Assembly (NCBI GenBank): GCA_046290575.1
Contig: JBKAGX010000012.1
Span: 396 to 64,395, forward strand
Source of the DNA: Alphaproteobacteria bacterium
Lineage (GTDB): Bacteria; Pseudomonadota; Alphaproteobacteria; SMXS01
Direction: 5' to 3'
DNA length: 64,000 bases
Below are positions 63,766 to 64,000 of the stretch, in pieces (the first letter of the stretch is position 1; each line of letters starts with the position of its first letter). A model generated the notes under the pieces. That model was not told where the DNA came from. It saw nothing but the letters and a program-made list of their open reading frames with translations, and did not search any database. The position numbers and the translations under genes were made by a program.

Positions 63766-64000
63766 CTACTCGACGATTTTGGATACGACGCCTGACCCGA
63801 CGGTGCGTCCACCTTCACGGATGGCAAAGCGCAGGCCCTCATCCATGGCGATCGGCACGATCAGCTCGACATCCATCGAGATGTTGTCGCCCGGCATCAC
63901 CATCTCCGTCCCGTCCGGCAGGCTCACCATCCCCGTCACATCCGTCGTCCGGAAATAAAACTGCGGACGATAGTTGGTGAAGAACGGCGTATGACGGCCA
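63766..64000 (-). CDS. tuf: elongation factor Tu, second copy (3' end only; continues beyond the window)
   Basis: The sequence from the stop codon at 63766 matches 44332-44566, with 2 mismatches seen (CATCCCCGT versus CATTCCTGT). Confidence 0.97.
   Translation of the reverse strand, partial: GRHTPFFTNYRPQFYFRTTDVTGMVSLPDGTEMVMPGDNISMDVELIVPIAMDEGLRFAIREGGRTVGSGVVSKIVE

Overview
High-GC, alphaproteobacterial-type chromosomal core DNA, densely coding, with about 80 genes and 2 tRNAs. From about 30.2 kb to the right end, the minus strand carries the classic transcription/translation supercluster: tuf (second copy, partial) - tRNA-Trp - secE - nusG - rplKAJL - rpoB - rpoC - [3-gene insert] - rpsL - rpsG - fusA - tuf - S10, spc and alpha ribosomal-protein operons ending at rplQ. 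Next comes degP, then an overlap-coupled chain: rarA, RNase-H-fold ORF, crcB, rluC-type, HAD, ATP12. The left third is housekeeping metabolism: manB/ugd/galU nucleotide-sugar genes, panC, thiolase, mgtE, tRNA-Leu, cysH, lipB, an L,D-transpeptidase pair and propionyl-CoA carboxylase pccAB. I saw no CRISPR array, transposase, integrase, phage genes or recognisable defence or toxin system, and I cannot claim a convincing novel multi-gene system. The observations I rate highest are these. (1) Essential rpoB is split by a 1-nt frameshift, and the two halves meet in a GTGA stop/start overlap. (2) A roughly 48-nt relic copy of the panC 3' end brackets a 1.5-kb insert carrying an orphan solute-binding gene and a DUF559 endonuclease-fold gene, the latter flanked by inverted palindromic REP-like hairpins. 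(3) A MITE/REP-like palindromic element sits in frame inside the ORF between rarA and crcB. (4) A CoA-transferase, hydratase and TlpA trio interrupts the normally tight rpoC-rpsL junction. All family assignments come from motif recognition by eye; no database search was possible.
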